The notes under the pieces: generated by a model
Database searches by the model: none
Told to the model about the DNA's origin: nothing
Seen by the model: only the letters and a program-made list of their open reading frames with translations
Made by a program: the position numbers and the translations under genes
Shown here: positions 1-12,234 of the stretch, one piece after another
Layout: every line of letters begins with the position of its first letter
How positions within the stretch are numbered: the stretch's first letter is position 1
NCBI RefSeq assembly: GCF_009914755.1
Contig: NC_060937.1
From: the human T2T-CHM13v2.0 reference genome, Homo sapiens
Direction: 5' to 3' (one strand)
DNA length: 64,000 nt

Positions 1-218
1 CAAACAAGTTTCTGAGAATGCTTCTGTCTGGCTTTTATTGGAAGACGTTTCCTTTTCACCAAAGGCATCAAAGCGCTCCAAATGTCCACTTCCAGATTCT
101 TCCAAAAGAGTGTTTGAAACGTGCTCAAAGTAAGGGAATGTTCAACTCTGTGACTTGAATGCAGATATCACCAAGTAGTTTCTAATAGTGCTTCTGTCTA
201 GATTTTAGATGATGATAT

Positions 219-235
219 TCCCGTTTCCAACGAAA
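219..235 (-). promoter_or_regulatory. CENP-B box (representative; recurs at the same offset in every unit)
   Basis: + strand TCCCGTTTCCAACGAAA = reverse complement of TTTCGTTGGAAACGGGA, matching YTTCGTTGGAARCGGGA. Confidence 0.95.
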
Positions 236-389
236 TCGTTAGAGCTATCCAAATATCCACTTACAGTTTCTACAAAAAGAGTGTTTCCAAACTGCTGCAT
301 CAAAAGAAAGGTTCAACTCTGTTAGTTGAGGACACACGTCACAAAGAAGTTTGTGAGAATGCTTCTGTCTAGATTTTGTATGACGATAT

Positions 390-406
390 TCCCTTTTCCA
401 ACGATA
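390..406 (-). other. Degenerate CENP-B-box-like site in the odd monomer that breaks the A/B alternation (every unit)
   Basis: TCCCTTTTCCAACGATA (7-mers) or TCCCTTTTCCAGCGATA (11-mers), 171 bp after the box at 219. Two core positions are altered, so binding is not expected. Confidence 0.8.
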
Positions 407-727
407 TCGTTAAAGCAATCTAAATATCCATTTGCAGAATCCACAAAAATAGAGTTTCAAAGCTGCTCTGTAAAAAGAAAGGTTCCACTCTGTTAGCTGA
501 GTACACACATCACAAACTTGTTTCTCAGAATCCTTCTGTCTCGTTTTTATGGGAAGATATTTACTTTTTCACCGTAGGCATCAAAGCGCTCCAAATGTCC
601 ACATCCAGATACTCCAGAAAGAGTGTTTCAAACCTGCTCTATGAAAGGGAATCTTCAACTCTATGAGTTGAATGCAGACATCAGAAAGAAATTTCTGAGA
701 ATGCTGCTGTCTACCTTTTATTTGAAT

Positions 728-744
728 TCCCGCTTCCAACGAAA
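728..744 (-). promoter_or_regulatory. CENP-B box (representative), overlapping EcoRI site 724-729
   Basis: TCCCGCTTCCAACGAAA = reverse complement of TTTCGTTGGAAGCGGGA. Confidence 0.95.
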
Positions 745-900
745 TCCTCCAAGCTATCCAAATATCCACTTGCAGATTCCACAAAAAGAGTGTTTCAAAA
801 CTGCTCTCTATCAATGGCAAAGTTCAACTCTGTTAGTTGAGGACACATATCACCAACAAGTTTCTGAGAATGCTTCTGTCTATTTTTTATGGGAAGATAT

Positions 901-917
901 TTCCTTTTTCACCGTAG
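901..917 (+). promoter_or_regulatory. pJalpha (A-box) motif of an A-type monomer (representative; one exact copy per unit)
   Basis: TTCCTTTTTCACCGTAG matches TTCCTTTTYCACCRTAG at the position equivalent to the CENP-B box. Confidence 0.75.
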
Positions 918-1067
918 GCGTCAAGGCGATCGAAATGTCCACTTCCACAAACTACAAAAAGAGTGTTTCAAACCTGCTCTATGAAAGGCCATGTTCATCT
1001 CTATGAGTCGAATGGAAATATCCGAAAGAAATTTCTGGGAATGCTGCTGTCTAGTTTTTATACGAAT

Positions 1068-1084
1068 TCCCGCTTCCAACGAAA
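1068..1084 (-). promoter_or_regulatory. CENP-B box (representative), overlapping EcoRI site 1064-1069
   Basis: TCCCGCTTCCAACGAAA. There are 3 boxes per 7-mer and 5 per 11-mer (e.g. 2599, 3108, 3448, 3782, 4122), i.e. 168 box positions in the 40 complete units, of which at least 2 are mutated. Confidence 0.95.
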
Positions 1085-2380
1085 TCCTCAAAGCAATCCA
1101 AATATCCACTTGCAGAATCCACAAAAAGAGTGTTTCAAAACTGCTCTATCAATAGAAAGGTTCAACTCTTTTAGTTGAGTACACACATCACAAACAAGTT
1201 TCTGAGAATGCTTCTGTCTGGCTTTTATTGGAAGACGTTTCCTTTTCACCAAAGGCATCAAAGCGCTCCAAATGTCCACTTCCAGATTCTTCCAAAAGAG
1301 TGTTTGAAACGTGCTCAAAGTAAGGGAATGTTCAACTCTGTGACTTGAATGCAGATATCACCAAGTAGTTTCTAATAGTGCTTCTGTCTAGATTTTAGAT
1401 GATGATATTCCCGTTTCCAACGAAATCGTTAGAGCTATCCAAATATCCACTTACAGTTTCTACAAAAAGAGTGTTTCCAAACTGCTGCATCAAAAGAAAG
1501 GTTCAACTCTGTTAGTTGAGGACACACGTCACAAAGAAGTTTGTGAGAATGCTTCTGTCTAGATTTTGTATGACGATATTCCCTTTTCCAACGATATCGT
1601 TAAAGCAATCTAAATATCCATTTGCAGAATCCACAAAAATAGAGTTTCAAAGCTGCTCTGTAAAAAGAAAGGTTCCACTCTGTTAGCTGAGTACACACAT
1701 CACAAACTTGTTTCTCAGAATCCTTCTGTCTCGTTTTTATGGGAAGATATTTACTTTTTCACCGTAGGCATCAAAGCGCTCCAAATGTCCACATCCAGAT
1801 ACTCCAGAAAGAGTGTTTCAAACCTGCTCTATGAAAGGGAATCTTCAACTCTATGAGTTGAATGCAGACATCAGAAAGAAATTTCTGAGAATGCTGCTGT
1901 CTACCTTTTATTTGAATTCCCGCTTCCAACGAAATCCTCCAAGCTATCCAAATATCCACTTGCAGATTCCACAAAAAGAGTGTTTCAAAACTGCTCTCTA
2001 TCAATGGCAAAGTTCAACTCTGTTAGTTGAGGACACATATCACCAACAAGTTTCTGAGAATGCTTCTGTCTATTTTTTATGGGAAGATATTTCCTTTTTC
2101 ACCGTAGGCGTCAAGGCGATCGAAATGTCCACTTCCACAAACTACAAAAAGAGTGTTTCAAACCTGCTCTATGAAAGGCCATGTTCATCTCTATGAGTCG
2201 AATGGAAATATCCGAAAGAAATTTCTGGGAATGCTGCTGTCTAGTTTTTATACGAATTCCCGCTTCCAACGAAATCCTCAAAGCAATCCAAATATCCACT
2301 TGCAGAATCCACAAAAAGAGTGTTTCAAAACTGCTCTATCAATAGAAAGGTTCAACTCTTTTAGTTGAGTACACACATCA

Positions 2381-5300
2381 CAAACAAGTTTCTGAGAATG
2401 CTTCTGTCTGGCTTTTATTGGAAGACGTTTCCTTTTCACCAAAGGCATCAAAGCGCTCCAAATGTCCACTTCCAGATTCTTCCAAAAGAGTGTTTGAAAC
2501 GTGCTCAAAGTAAGGGAATGTTCAACTCTGTGACTTGAATGCAGATATCACCAAGTAGTTTCTAATAGTGCTTCTGTCTAGATTTTAGATGATGATATTC
2601 CCGTTTCCAACGAAATCGTTAGAGCTATCCAAATATCCACTTACAGTTTCTACAAAAAGAGTGTTTCCAAACTGCTGCATCAAAAGAAAGGTTCAACTCT
2701 GTTAGTTGAGGACACACATCACAAAGAAGTTTGTGAGAATGCTTCTGTCTAGATTTTGTATGACCATATTCCCTTTTCCAGCGATATCATTAAAGCAATC
2801 TAAATATCCATTTGCAGAATCCACAAAAATAGAGTTTCAAAGCTGCTCTGTAAAAAGAAAGGTTCCACTCTGTTAGCTGAGTACACACATCACAAACTTG
2901 TTTCTGAGAATCCTTCTGTCTCGTTTTTATGGGAAGATATTTACTTTTTCACCGTAGGCATCAAAGCGCTCCAAATGTCCACATCCAGATACTCCAGAAA
3001 GAGTGTTTCAAACCTGCTCTATGAAAGGGAATCTTCAACTCTATGAGTTGAATGCAGACATCAGAAAGAAATTTCTGAGAATGCTGCTGTCTACCTTTTA
3101 TTTGAACTCCCGCTTCCAACGAAATCCTCCAAGCTATCCAAATATCCACTTGCATTTTCCACAAAAAGAGTGCTTCAAAACTGCTCTATCAATAAATGTT
3201 CAACTCCTTTGGCTGGGTGCACACATCACAAACAAGTTTCTGAGAATGCTTCTGTCTAGTTTTTATGGGAAGACATTCCCTTTTTCACCAAAGGCATCAA
3301 AGCGCTCCAAATGTCCACTTCCAGACACTACAAAAAGAGTGTTTCCAACGTGCTCTAAGAAAGCGAATGTTCAACTCTGTGACTTGAATGCAGATATCAC
3401 AAAGTAGTTTCTGAGAGGGCTTCTGTCTAGATTTTAGATGATGATATTCCCGTTTCCAACGAAATCATTAGAGCTATCCAAATATCCACTTACAGTTTCT
3501 ACAAAAAGAGTGTTTCCAAACTGCTGCATCAAAAGAGAGGTTCCACTCTGTTAGCTGAGTACACACATCACAAACTTGTTTCTGAGAATCCTTCTGTGTC
3601 GTTTTTATGGGAAGATATTTACTTTTTCACCGTAGGCATCAAAGCGCTCCAAATGTCCACATCCAGATACTCCAGAGTGTTTCAAACCTGCTCTATGAAA
3701 GGGAATCTTCAACTCTATGAGTTGAATGCAGACATCAGAAAGAAATTTCTGAGAATGCTGCTGTCTACCTTTTATTTGAATTCCCGCTTCCAACGAAATC
3801 CTCCAAGCTATCCAAATATCCACTTGCAGATTCCACAAAAAGAGTGTTTCAAAACTGCTCTCTATCAATGGCAAAGTTCAACTCTGTTAGTTGAGGACAC
3901 ATATCACCAACAAGTTTCTGAGAATGCTTCTGTCTATTTTTTATGGGAAGATATTTCCTTTTTCACCGTAGGCGTCAAGGCGATCGAAATGTCCACTTCC
4001 ACAAACTACAAAAAGAGTGTTTCAAACCTGCTCTATGAAAGGCCATGTTCATCTCTATGAGTCGAATGGAAATATCCGAAAGAAATTTCTGGGAATGCTG
4101 CTGTCTAGTTTTTATACGAATTCCCGCTTCCAACGAAATCCTCAAAGCAATCCAAATATCCACTTGCAGAATCCACAAAAAGAGTGTTTCAAAACTGCTC
4201 TATCAATAGAAAGGTTCAACTCTTTTAGTTGAGTACACACATCACAAACAAGTTTCTGAGAATGCTTCTGTCTGGCTTTTATTGGAAGACGTTTCCTTTT
4301 CACCAAAGGCATCAAAGCGCTCCAAATGTCCACTTCCAGATTCTTCCAAAAGAGTGTTTGAAACGTGCTCAAAGTAAGGGAATGTTCAACTCTGTGACTT
4401 GAATGCAGATATCACCAAGTAGTTTCTAATAGTGCTTCTGTCTAGATTTTAGATGATGATATTCCCGTTTCCAACGAAATCGTTAGAGCTATCCAAATAT
4501 CCACTTACAGTTTCTACAAAAAGAGTGTTTCCAAACTGCTGCATCAAAAGAAAGGTTCAACTCTGTTAGTTGAGGACACACATCACAAAGAAGTTTGTGA
4601 GAATGCTTCTGTCTAGATTTTGTATGACCATATTCCCTTTTCCAGCGATATCATTAAAGCAATCTAAATATCCATTTGCAGAATCCACAAAAATAGAGTT
4701 TCAAAGCTGCTCTGTAAAAAGAAAGGTTCCACTCTGTTAGCTGAGTACACACATCACAAACTTGTTTCTCAGAATCCTTCTGTCTCGTTTTTATGGGAAG
4801 ATATTTACTTTTTCACCGTAGGCATCAAAGCGCTCCAAATGTCCACATCCAGATACTCCAGAAAGAGTGTTTCAAACCTGCTCTATGAAAGGGAATCTTC
4901 AACTCTATGAGTTGAATGCAGACATCAGAAAGAAATTTCTGAGAATGCTGCTGTCTACCTTTTATTTGAATTCCCGCTTCCAACGAAATCCTCCAAGCTA
5001 TCCAAATATCCACCTGCATTTTCCACAAAAAGAGCGTTTCAAAACTGCTCTATCAATAGAAATGTTCAACTCCTTTGGCTGGGTACACACATCACAAACA
5101 AGTTTCTGAGAATGCTTCTGTCTAGTTTTTATGGGAAGACATTCCCTTTTTCACCAAAGGCATCAAAGCGCTCCAAATGTCCACTTCCAGACACTACAAA
5201 AAGAGTGTTTCCAACGTGCTCTAAGAAAGCGAATGTTCAACTCTGTGACTTGAATGCAGATATCACAAAGTAGTTTCTGAGAGGGCTTCTGTCTAGATTT

Positions 5301-6114
5301 TAGATGATGATATTCCCGTTTCCAACGAAATCATTAGAGCTATCCAAATATCCACTTACAGTTTCTACAAAAAGAGTGTTTCCAAACTGCTGCATCAAAA
5401 GAGAGGTTCCACTCTGTTAGCTGAGTACACACATCACAAACTTGTTTCTCAGAATCCTTCTGTCTCGTTTTTCTGGGAAGATATTTACTTTTTCACCGTA
5501 GGCATCAAAGCGCTCCAAATGTCCACATCCAGATACTCCAGAAAGAGTGTTTCAAACCTGCTCTATGAAAGGGAATCTTCAACTCTATGAGTTGAATGCA
5601 GACATCAGAAAGAAATTTCTGAGAATGCTGCTGTCTACCTTTTATTTGAATTCCCGCTTCCAACGAAATCCTCCAAGCTATCCAAATATCCACTTGCAGA
5701 TTCCACAAAAAGAGTGTTTCAAAACTGCTCTCTATCAATGGCAAAGTTCAACTCTGTTAGTTGAGGACACATATCACCAACAAGTTTCTGAGAATGCTTC
5801 TGTCTATTTTTTATGGGAAGATATTTCCTTTTTCACCGTAGGCGTCAAGGCGATCGAAATGTCCACTTCCACAAACTACAAAAAGAGTGTTTCAAACCTG
5901 CTCTATGAAAGGCCATGTTCATCTCTATGAGTCGAATGGAAATATCCGAAAGAAATTTCTGGGAATGCTGCTGTCTAGTTTTTATACGAATTCCCGCTTC
6001 CAACGAAATCCTCAAAGCAATCCAAATATCCACTTGCAGAATCCACAAAAAGAGTGTTTCAAAACTGCTCTATCAATAGAAAGGTTCAACTCTTTTAGTT
6101 GAGTACACACATCA
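2381..6114 (-). repeat. Two 11-mer HOR units (1864, 1870 bp)
   Basis: Unit starts 2381 and 4245; each contains the extra ~680-bp tetramer (ctcctttggctggg, ccagacactac, ctgagagggc). Confidence 0.93.
3448..3464 (-). promoter_or_regulatory. CENP-B box in the 11-mer-specific tetramer (representative)
   Basis: TCCCGTTTCCAACGAAA following ctgagagggcttctgtctag. Confidence 0.93.
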
Positions 6115-7304
6115 CAAACAAGTTTCTGAGAATGCTTCTGTCTGGCTTTTATTGGAAGACGTTTCCTTTTCACCAAAGGCATCAAAGCGCTCCAAATGTC
6201 CACTTCCAGATTCTTCCAAAAGAGTGTTTGAAACGTGCTCAAAGTAAGGGAATGTTCAACTCTGTGACTTGAATGCAGATATCACCAAGTAGTTTCTAAT
6301 AGTGCTTCTGTCTAGATTTTAGATGATGATATTCCCGTTTCCAACGAAATCGTTAGAGCTATCCAAATATCCACTTACAGTTGCTACAAAAACAGTGTTT
6401 CCAAACTGCTGCATCAAAAGAAAGGTTCAACTCTGTTAGTTGAGGACACACGTCACAAAGAAGTTTGTGAGAATGCTTCTGTCTAGATTTTGTATGACGA
6501 TATTCCCTTTTCCAACGATATCGTTAAAGCAATCTAAATATCCATTTGCAGAATCCACAAAAATAGAGTTTCAAAGCTGCTCTGTAAAAAGAAAGGTTCC
6601 ACTCTGTTAGCTGAGTACACACATCACAAACTTGTTTCTCAGAATCCTTCTGTCTCGTTTTTCTGGGAAGATATTTACTTTTTCACCGTAGGCATCAAAG
6701 CGCTCCAAATGTCCACATCCAGATACTCCAGAAAGAGTGTTTCAAACCTGCTCTATGAAAGGGAATCTTCAACTCTATGAGTTGAATGCAGACATCAGAA
6801 AGAAATTTCTGAGAATGCTGCTGTCTACCTTTTATTTGAATTCCCGCTTCCAACGAAATCCTCCAAGCTATCCAAATATCCACTTGCAGATTCCACAAAA
6901 AGAGTGTTTCAAAACTGCTCTCTATCAATGGCAAAGTTCAACTCTGTTAGTTGAGGACACATATCACCAACAAGTTTCTGAGAATGCTTCTGTCTATTTT
7001 TTATGGGAAGATATTTCCTTTTTCACCGTAGGCGTCAAGGCGATCGAAATGTCCACTTCCACAAACTACAAAAAGAGTGTTTCAAACCTGCTCTATGAAA
7101 GGCCATGTTCATCTCTATGAGTCGAATGGAAATATCCGAAAGAAATTTCTGGGAATGCTGCTGTCTAGTTTTTATACGAATTCCCGCTTCCAACGAAATC
7201 CTCAAAGCAATCCAAATATCCACTTGCAGAATCCACAAAAAGAGTGTTTCAAAACTGCTCTATCAATAGAAAGGTTCAACTCTTTTAGTTGAGTACACAC
7301 ATCA
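6115..7304 (-). repeat. Single 7-mer HOR unit
   Basis: 1190-bp spacing, no tetramer. Confidence 0.93.
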
Positions 7305-10300
7305 CAAACAAGTTTCTGAGAATGCTTCTGTCTGGCTTTTATTGGAAGACGTTTCCTTTTCACCAAAGGCATCAAAGCGCTCCAAATGTCCACTTCCAGA
7401 TTCTTCCAAAAGAGTGTTTGAAACGTGCTCAAAGTAAGGGAATGTTCAACTCTGTGACTTGAATGCAGATATCACCAAGTAGTTTCTAATAGTGCTTCTG
7501 TCTAGATTTTAGATGATGATATTCCCGTTTCCAACGAAATCGTTAGAGCTATCCAAATATCCACTTACAGTTTCTACAAAAAGAGTGTTTCCAAACTGCT
7601 GCATCAAAAGAAAGGTTCAACTCTGTTAGTTGAGGACACACATCACAAAGAAGTTTGTGAGAATGCTTCTGTCTAGATTTTGTATGACCATATTCCCTTT
7701 TCCAGCGATATCATTAAAGCAATCTAAATATCCATTTGCAGAATCCACAAAAATAGAGTTTCAAAGCTGCTCTGTAAAAAGAAAGGTTCCACTCTGTTAG
7801 CTGAGTACACACATCACAAACTTGTTTCTCAGAATCCTTCTGTCTCGTTTTTATGGGAAGATATTTACTTTTTCACCGTAGGCATCAAAGCGCTCCAAAT
7901 GTCCACATCCAGATACTCCAGAAAGAGTGTTTCAAACCTGCTCTATGAAAGGGAATCTTCAACTCTATGAGTTGAATGCAGACATCAGAAAGAAATTTCT
8001 GAGAATGCTGCTGTCTACCTTTTATTTGAATTCCCGCTTCCAACGAAATCCTCCAAGCTATCCAAATATCCACCTGCATTTTCCACAAAAAGAGCGTTTC
8101 AAAACTGCTCTATCAATAGAAATGTTCAACTCCTTTGGCTGGGTACACACATCACAAACAAGTTTCTGAGAATGCTTCTGTCTAGTTTTTATGGGAAGAC
8201 ATTCCCTTTTTCACCAAAGGCATCAAAGCGCTCCAAATGTCCACTTCCAGACACTACAAAAAGAGTGTTTCCAACGTGCTCTAAGAAAGCGAATGTTCAA
8301 CTCTGTGACTTGAATGCAGATATCACAAAGTAGTTTCTGAGAGGGCTTCTGTCTAGATTTTAGATGATGATATTCCCGTTTCCAACGAAATCATTAGAGC
8401 TATCCAAATATCCACTTACAGTTTCTACAAAAAGAGTGTTTCCAAACTGCTGCATCAAAAGAGAGGTTCCACTCTGTTAGCTGAGTACACACATCACAAA
8501 CTTGTTTCTCAGAATCCTTCTGTCTCGTTTTTCTGGGAAGATATTTACTTTTTCACCGTAGGCATCAAAGCGCTCCAAATGTCCACATCCAGATACTCCA
8601 GAAAGAGTGTTTCAAACCTGCTCTATGAAAGGGAATCTTCAACTCTATGAGTTGAATGCAGACATCAGAAAGAAATTTCTGAGAATGCTGCTGTCTACCT
8701 TTTATTTGAATTCCCGCTTCCAACGAAATCCTCCAAGCTATCCAAATATCCACTTGCAGATTCCACAAAAAGAGTGTTTCAAAACTGCTCTCTATCAATG
8801 GCAAAGTTCAACTCTGTTAGTTGAGGACACATATCACCAACAAGTTTCTGAGAATGCTTCTGTCTATTTTTTATGGGAAGATATTTCCTTTTTCACCGTA
8901 GGCGTCAAGGCGATCGAAATGTCCACTTCCACAAACTACAAAAAGAGTGTTTCAAACCTGCTCTATGAAAGGCCATGTTCATCTCTATGAGTCGAATGGA
9001 AATATCCGAAAGAAATTTCTGGGAATGCTGCTGTCTAGTTTTTATACGAATTCCCGCTTCCAACGAAATCCTCAAAGCAATCCAAATATCCACTTGCAGA
9101 ATCCACAAAAAGAGTGTTTCAAAACTGCTCTATCAATAGAAAGGTTCAACTCTTTTAGTTGAGTACACACATCACAAACAAGTTTCTGAGAATGCTTCTG
9201 TCTGGCTTTTATTGGAAGACGTTTCCTTTTCACCAAAGGCATCAAAGCGCTCCAAATGTCCACTTCCAGATTCTTCCAAAAGAGTGTTTGAAACGTGCTC
9301 AAAGTAAGGGAATGTTCAACTCTGTGACTTGAATGCAGATATCACCAAGTAGTTTCTAATAGTGCTTCTGTCTAGATTTTAGATGATGATATTCCCGTTT
9401 CCAACGAAATCGTTAGAGCTATCCAAATATCCACTTACAGTTTCTACAAAAAGAGTGTTTCCAAACTGCTGCATCAAAAGAAAGGTTCAACTCTGTTAGT
9501 TGAGGACACACATCACAAAGAAGTTTGTGAGAATGCTTCTGTCTAGATTTTGTATGACCATATTCCCTTTTCCAGCGATATCATTAAAGCAATCTAAATA
9601 TCCATTTGCAGAATCCACAAAAATAGAGTTTCAAAGCTGCTCTGTAAAAAGAAAGGTTCCACTCTGTTAGCTGAGTACACACATCACAAACTTGTTTCTG
9701 AGAATCCTTCTGTCTCGTTTTTATGGGAAGATATTTACTTTTTCACCGTAGGCATCAAAGCGCTCCAAATGTCCACATCCAGATACTCCAGAAAGAGTGT
9801 TTCAAACCTGCTCTATGAAAGGGAATCTTCAACTTTATGAGTTGAATGCAGACATCAGAAAGAAATTTCTGAGAATGCTGCTGTCTACCTTTTATTTGAA
9901 TTCCCGCTTCCAACGAAATCCTCCAAGCTATCCAAATATCCACCTGCATTTTCCACAAAAAGAGCGTTTCAAAACTGCTCTATCAATAGAAATGTTCAAC
10001 TCCTTTGGCTGGGTACACACATCACAAACAAGTTTCTGAGAATGCTTCTGTCTAGTTTTTATGGGAAGACATTCCCTTTTTCACCAAAGGCATCAAAGCG
10101 CTCCAAATGTCCACTTCCAGACACTACAAAAAGAGTGTTTCCAACGTGCTCTAAGAAAGCGAATGTTCAACTCTGTGACTTGAATGCAGATATCACAAAG
10201 TAGTTTCTGAGAGGGCTTCTGTCTAGATTTTAGATGATGATATTCCCGTTTCCAACGAAATCATTAGAGCTATCCAAATATCCACTTACAGTTTCTACAA

Positions 10301-11044
10301 AAAGAGTGTTTCCAAACTGCTGCATCAAAAGAGAGGTTCCACTCTGTTAGCTGAGTACACACATCACAAACTTGTTTCTCAGAATCCTTCTGTCTCGTTT
10401 TTCTGGGAAGATATTTACTTTTTCACCGTAGGCATCAAAGCGCTCCAAATGTCCACATCCAGATACTCCAGAAAGAGTGTTTCAAACCTGCTCTATGAAA
10501 GGGAATCTTCAACTCTATGAGTTGAATGCAGACATCAGAAAGAAATTTCTGAGAATGCTGCTGTCTACCTTTTATTTGAATTCCCGCTTCCAACGAAATC
10601 CTCCAAGCTATCCAAATATCCACTTGCAGATTCCACAAAAAGAGTGTTTCAAAACTGCTCTCTATCAATGGCAAAGTTCAACTCTGTTAGTTGAGGACAC
10701 ATATCACCAACAAGTTTCTGAGAATGCTTCTGTCTATTTTTTATGGGAAGATATTTCCTTTTTCACCGTAGGCGTCAAGGCGATCGAAATGTCCACTTCC
10801 ACAAACTACAAAAAGAGTGTTTCAAACCTGCTCTATGAAAGGCCATGTTCATCTCTATGAGTCGAATGGAAATATCCGAAAGAAATTTCTGGGAATGCTG
10901 CTGTCTAGTTTTTATACGAATTCCCGCTTCCAACGAAATCCTCAAAGCAATCCAAATATCCACTTGCAGAATCCACAAAAAGAGTGTTTCAAAACTGCTC
11001 TATCAATAGAAAGGTTCAACTCTTTTAGTTGAGTACACACATCA
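7305..11044 (-). repeat. Two 11-mer HOR units (1870 bp each)
   Basis: Unit starts 7305, 9175. Confidence 0.93.
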
Positions 11045-12234
11045 CAAACAAGTTTCTGAGAATGCTTCTGTCTGGCTTTTATTGGAAGACGTTTCCTTTT
11101 CACCAAAGGCATCAAAGCGCTCCAAATGTCCACTTCCAGATTCTTCCAAAAGAGTGTTTGAAACGTGCTCAAAGTAAGGGAATGTTCAACTCTGTGACTT
11201 GAATGCAGATATCACCAAGTAGTTTCTAATAGTGCTTCTGTCTAGATTTTAGATGATGATATTCCCGTTTCCAACGAAATCGTTAGAGCTATCCAAATAT
11301 CCACTTACAGTTGCTACAAAAACAGTGTTTCCAAACTGCTGCATCAAAAGAAAGGTTCAACTCTGTTAGTTGAGGACACACGTCACAAAGAAGTTTGTGA
11401 GAATGCTTCTGTCTAGATTTTGTATGACGATATTCCCTTTTCCAACGATATCGTTAAAGCAATCTAAATATCCATTTGCAGAATCCACAAAAATAGAGTT
11501 TCAAAGCTGCTCTGTAAAAAGAAAGGTTCCACTCTGTTAGCTGAGTACACACATCACAAACTTGTTTCTCAGAATCCTTCTGTCTCGTTTTTCTGGGAAG
11601 ATATTTACTTTTTCACCGTAGGCATCAAAGCGCTCCAAATGTCCACATCCAGATACTCCAGAAAGAGTGTTTCAAACCTGCTCTATGAAAGGGAATCTTC
11701 AACTCTATGAGTTGAATGCAGACATCAGAAAGAAATTTCTGAGAATGCTGCTGTCTACCTTTTATTTGAATTCCCGCTTCCAACGAAATCCTCCAAGCTA
11801 TCCAAATATCCACTTGCAGATTCCACAAAAAGAGTGTTTCAAAACTGCTCTCTATCAATGGCAAAGTTCAACTCTGTTAGTTGAGGACACATATCACCAA
11901 CAAGTTTCTGAGAATGCTTCTGTCTATTTTTTATGGGAAGATATTTCCTTTTTCACCGTAGGCGTCAAGGCGATCGAAATGTCCACTTCCACAAACTACA
12001 AAAAGAGTGTTTCAAACCTGCTCTATGAAAGGCCATGTTCATCTCTATGAGTCGAATGGAAATATCCGAAAGAAATTTCTGGGAATGCTGCTGTCTAGTT
12101 TTTATACGAATTCCCGCTTCCAACGAAATCCTCAAAGCAATCCAAATATCCACTTGCAGAATCCACAAAAAGAGTGTTTCAAAACTGCTCTATCAATAGA
12201 AAGGTTCAACTCTTTTAGTTGAGTACACACATCA
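11045..12234 (-). repeat. Single 7-mer HOR unit
   Basis: 1190-bp spacing. Confidence 0.93.

Larger units (their letters stand above)
1..2380 (-). repeat. Two 7-mer HOR units (1190 bp each)
   Basis: Unit starts at 1 and 1191; marker ORF spacing 1190. Confidence 0.93.

Noticed and set aside
522-530. C/G toggle at the centre of TTCT[C/G]AGAA as a hairpin micro-inversion
   Set aside because: A 4-bp arm with a 1-nt loop is too weak, and ttctgagaa is the common state in other monomers, so conversion or point mutation suffices.
3003-4060. Longer 134-aa and 154-aa ORFs (also at 12857-13914)
   Set aside because: They result only from the 2-bp and 4-bp deletions fusing spurious frames.
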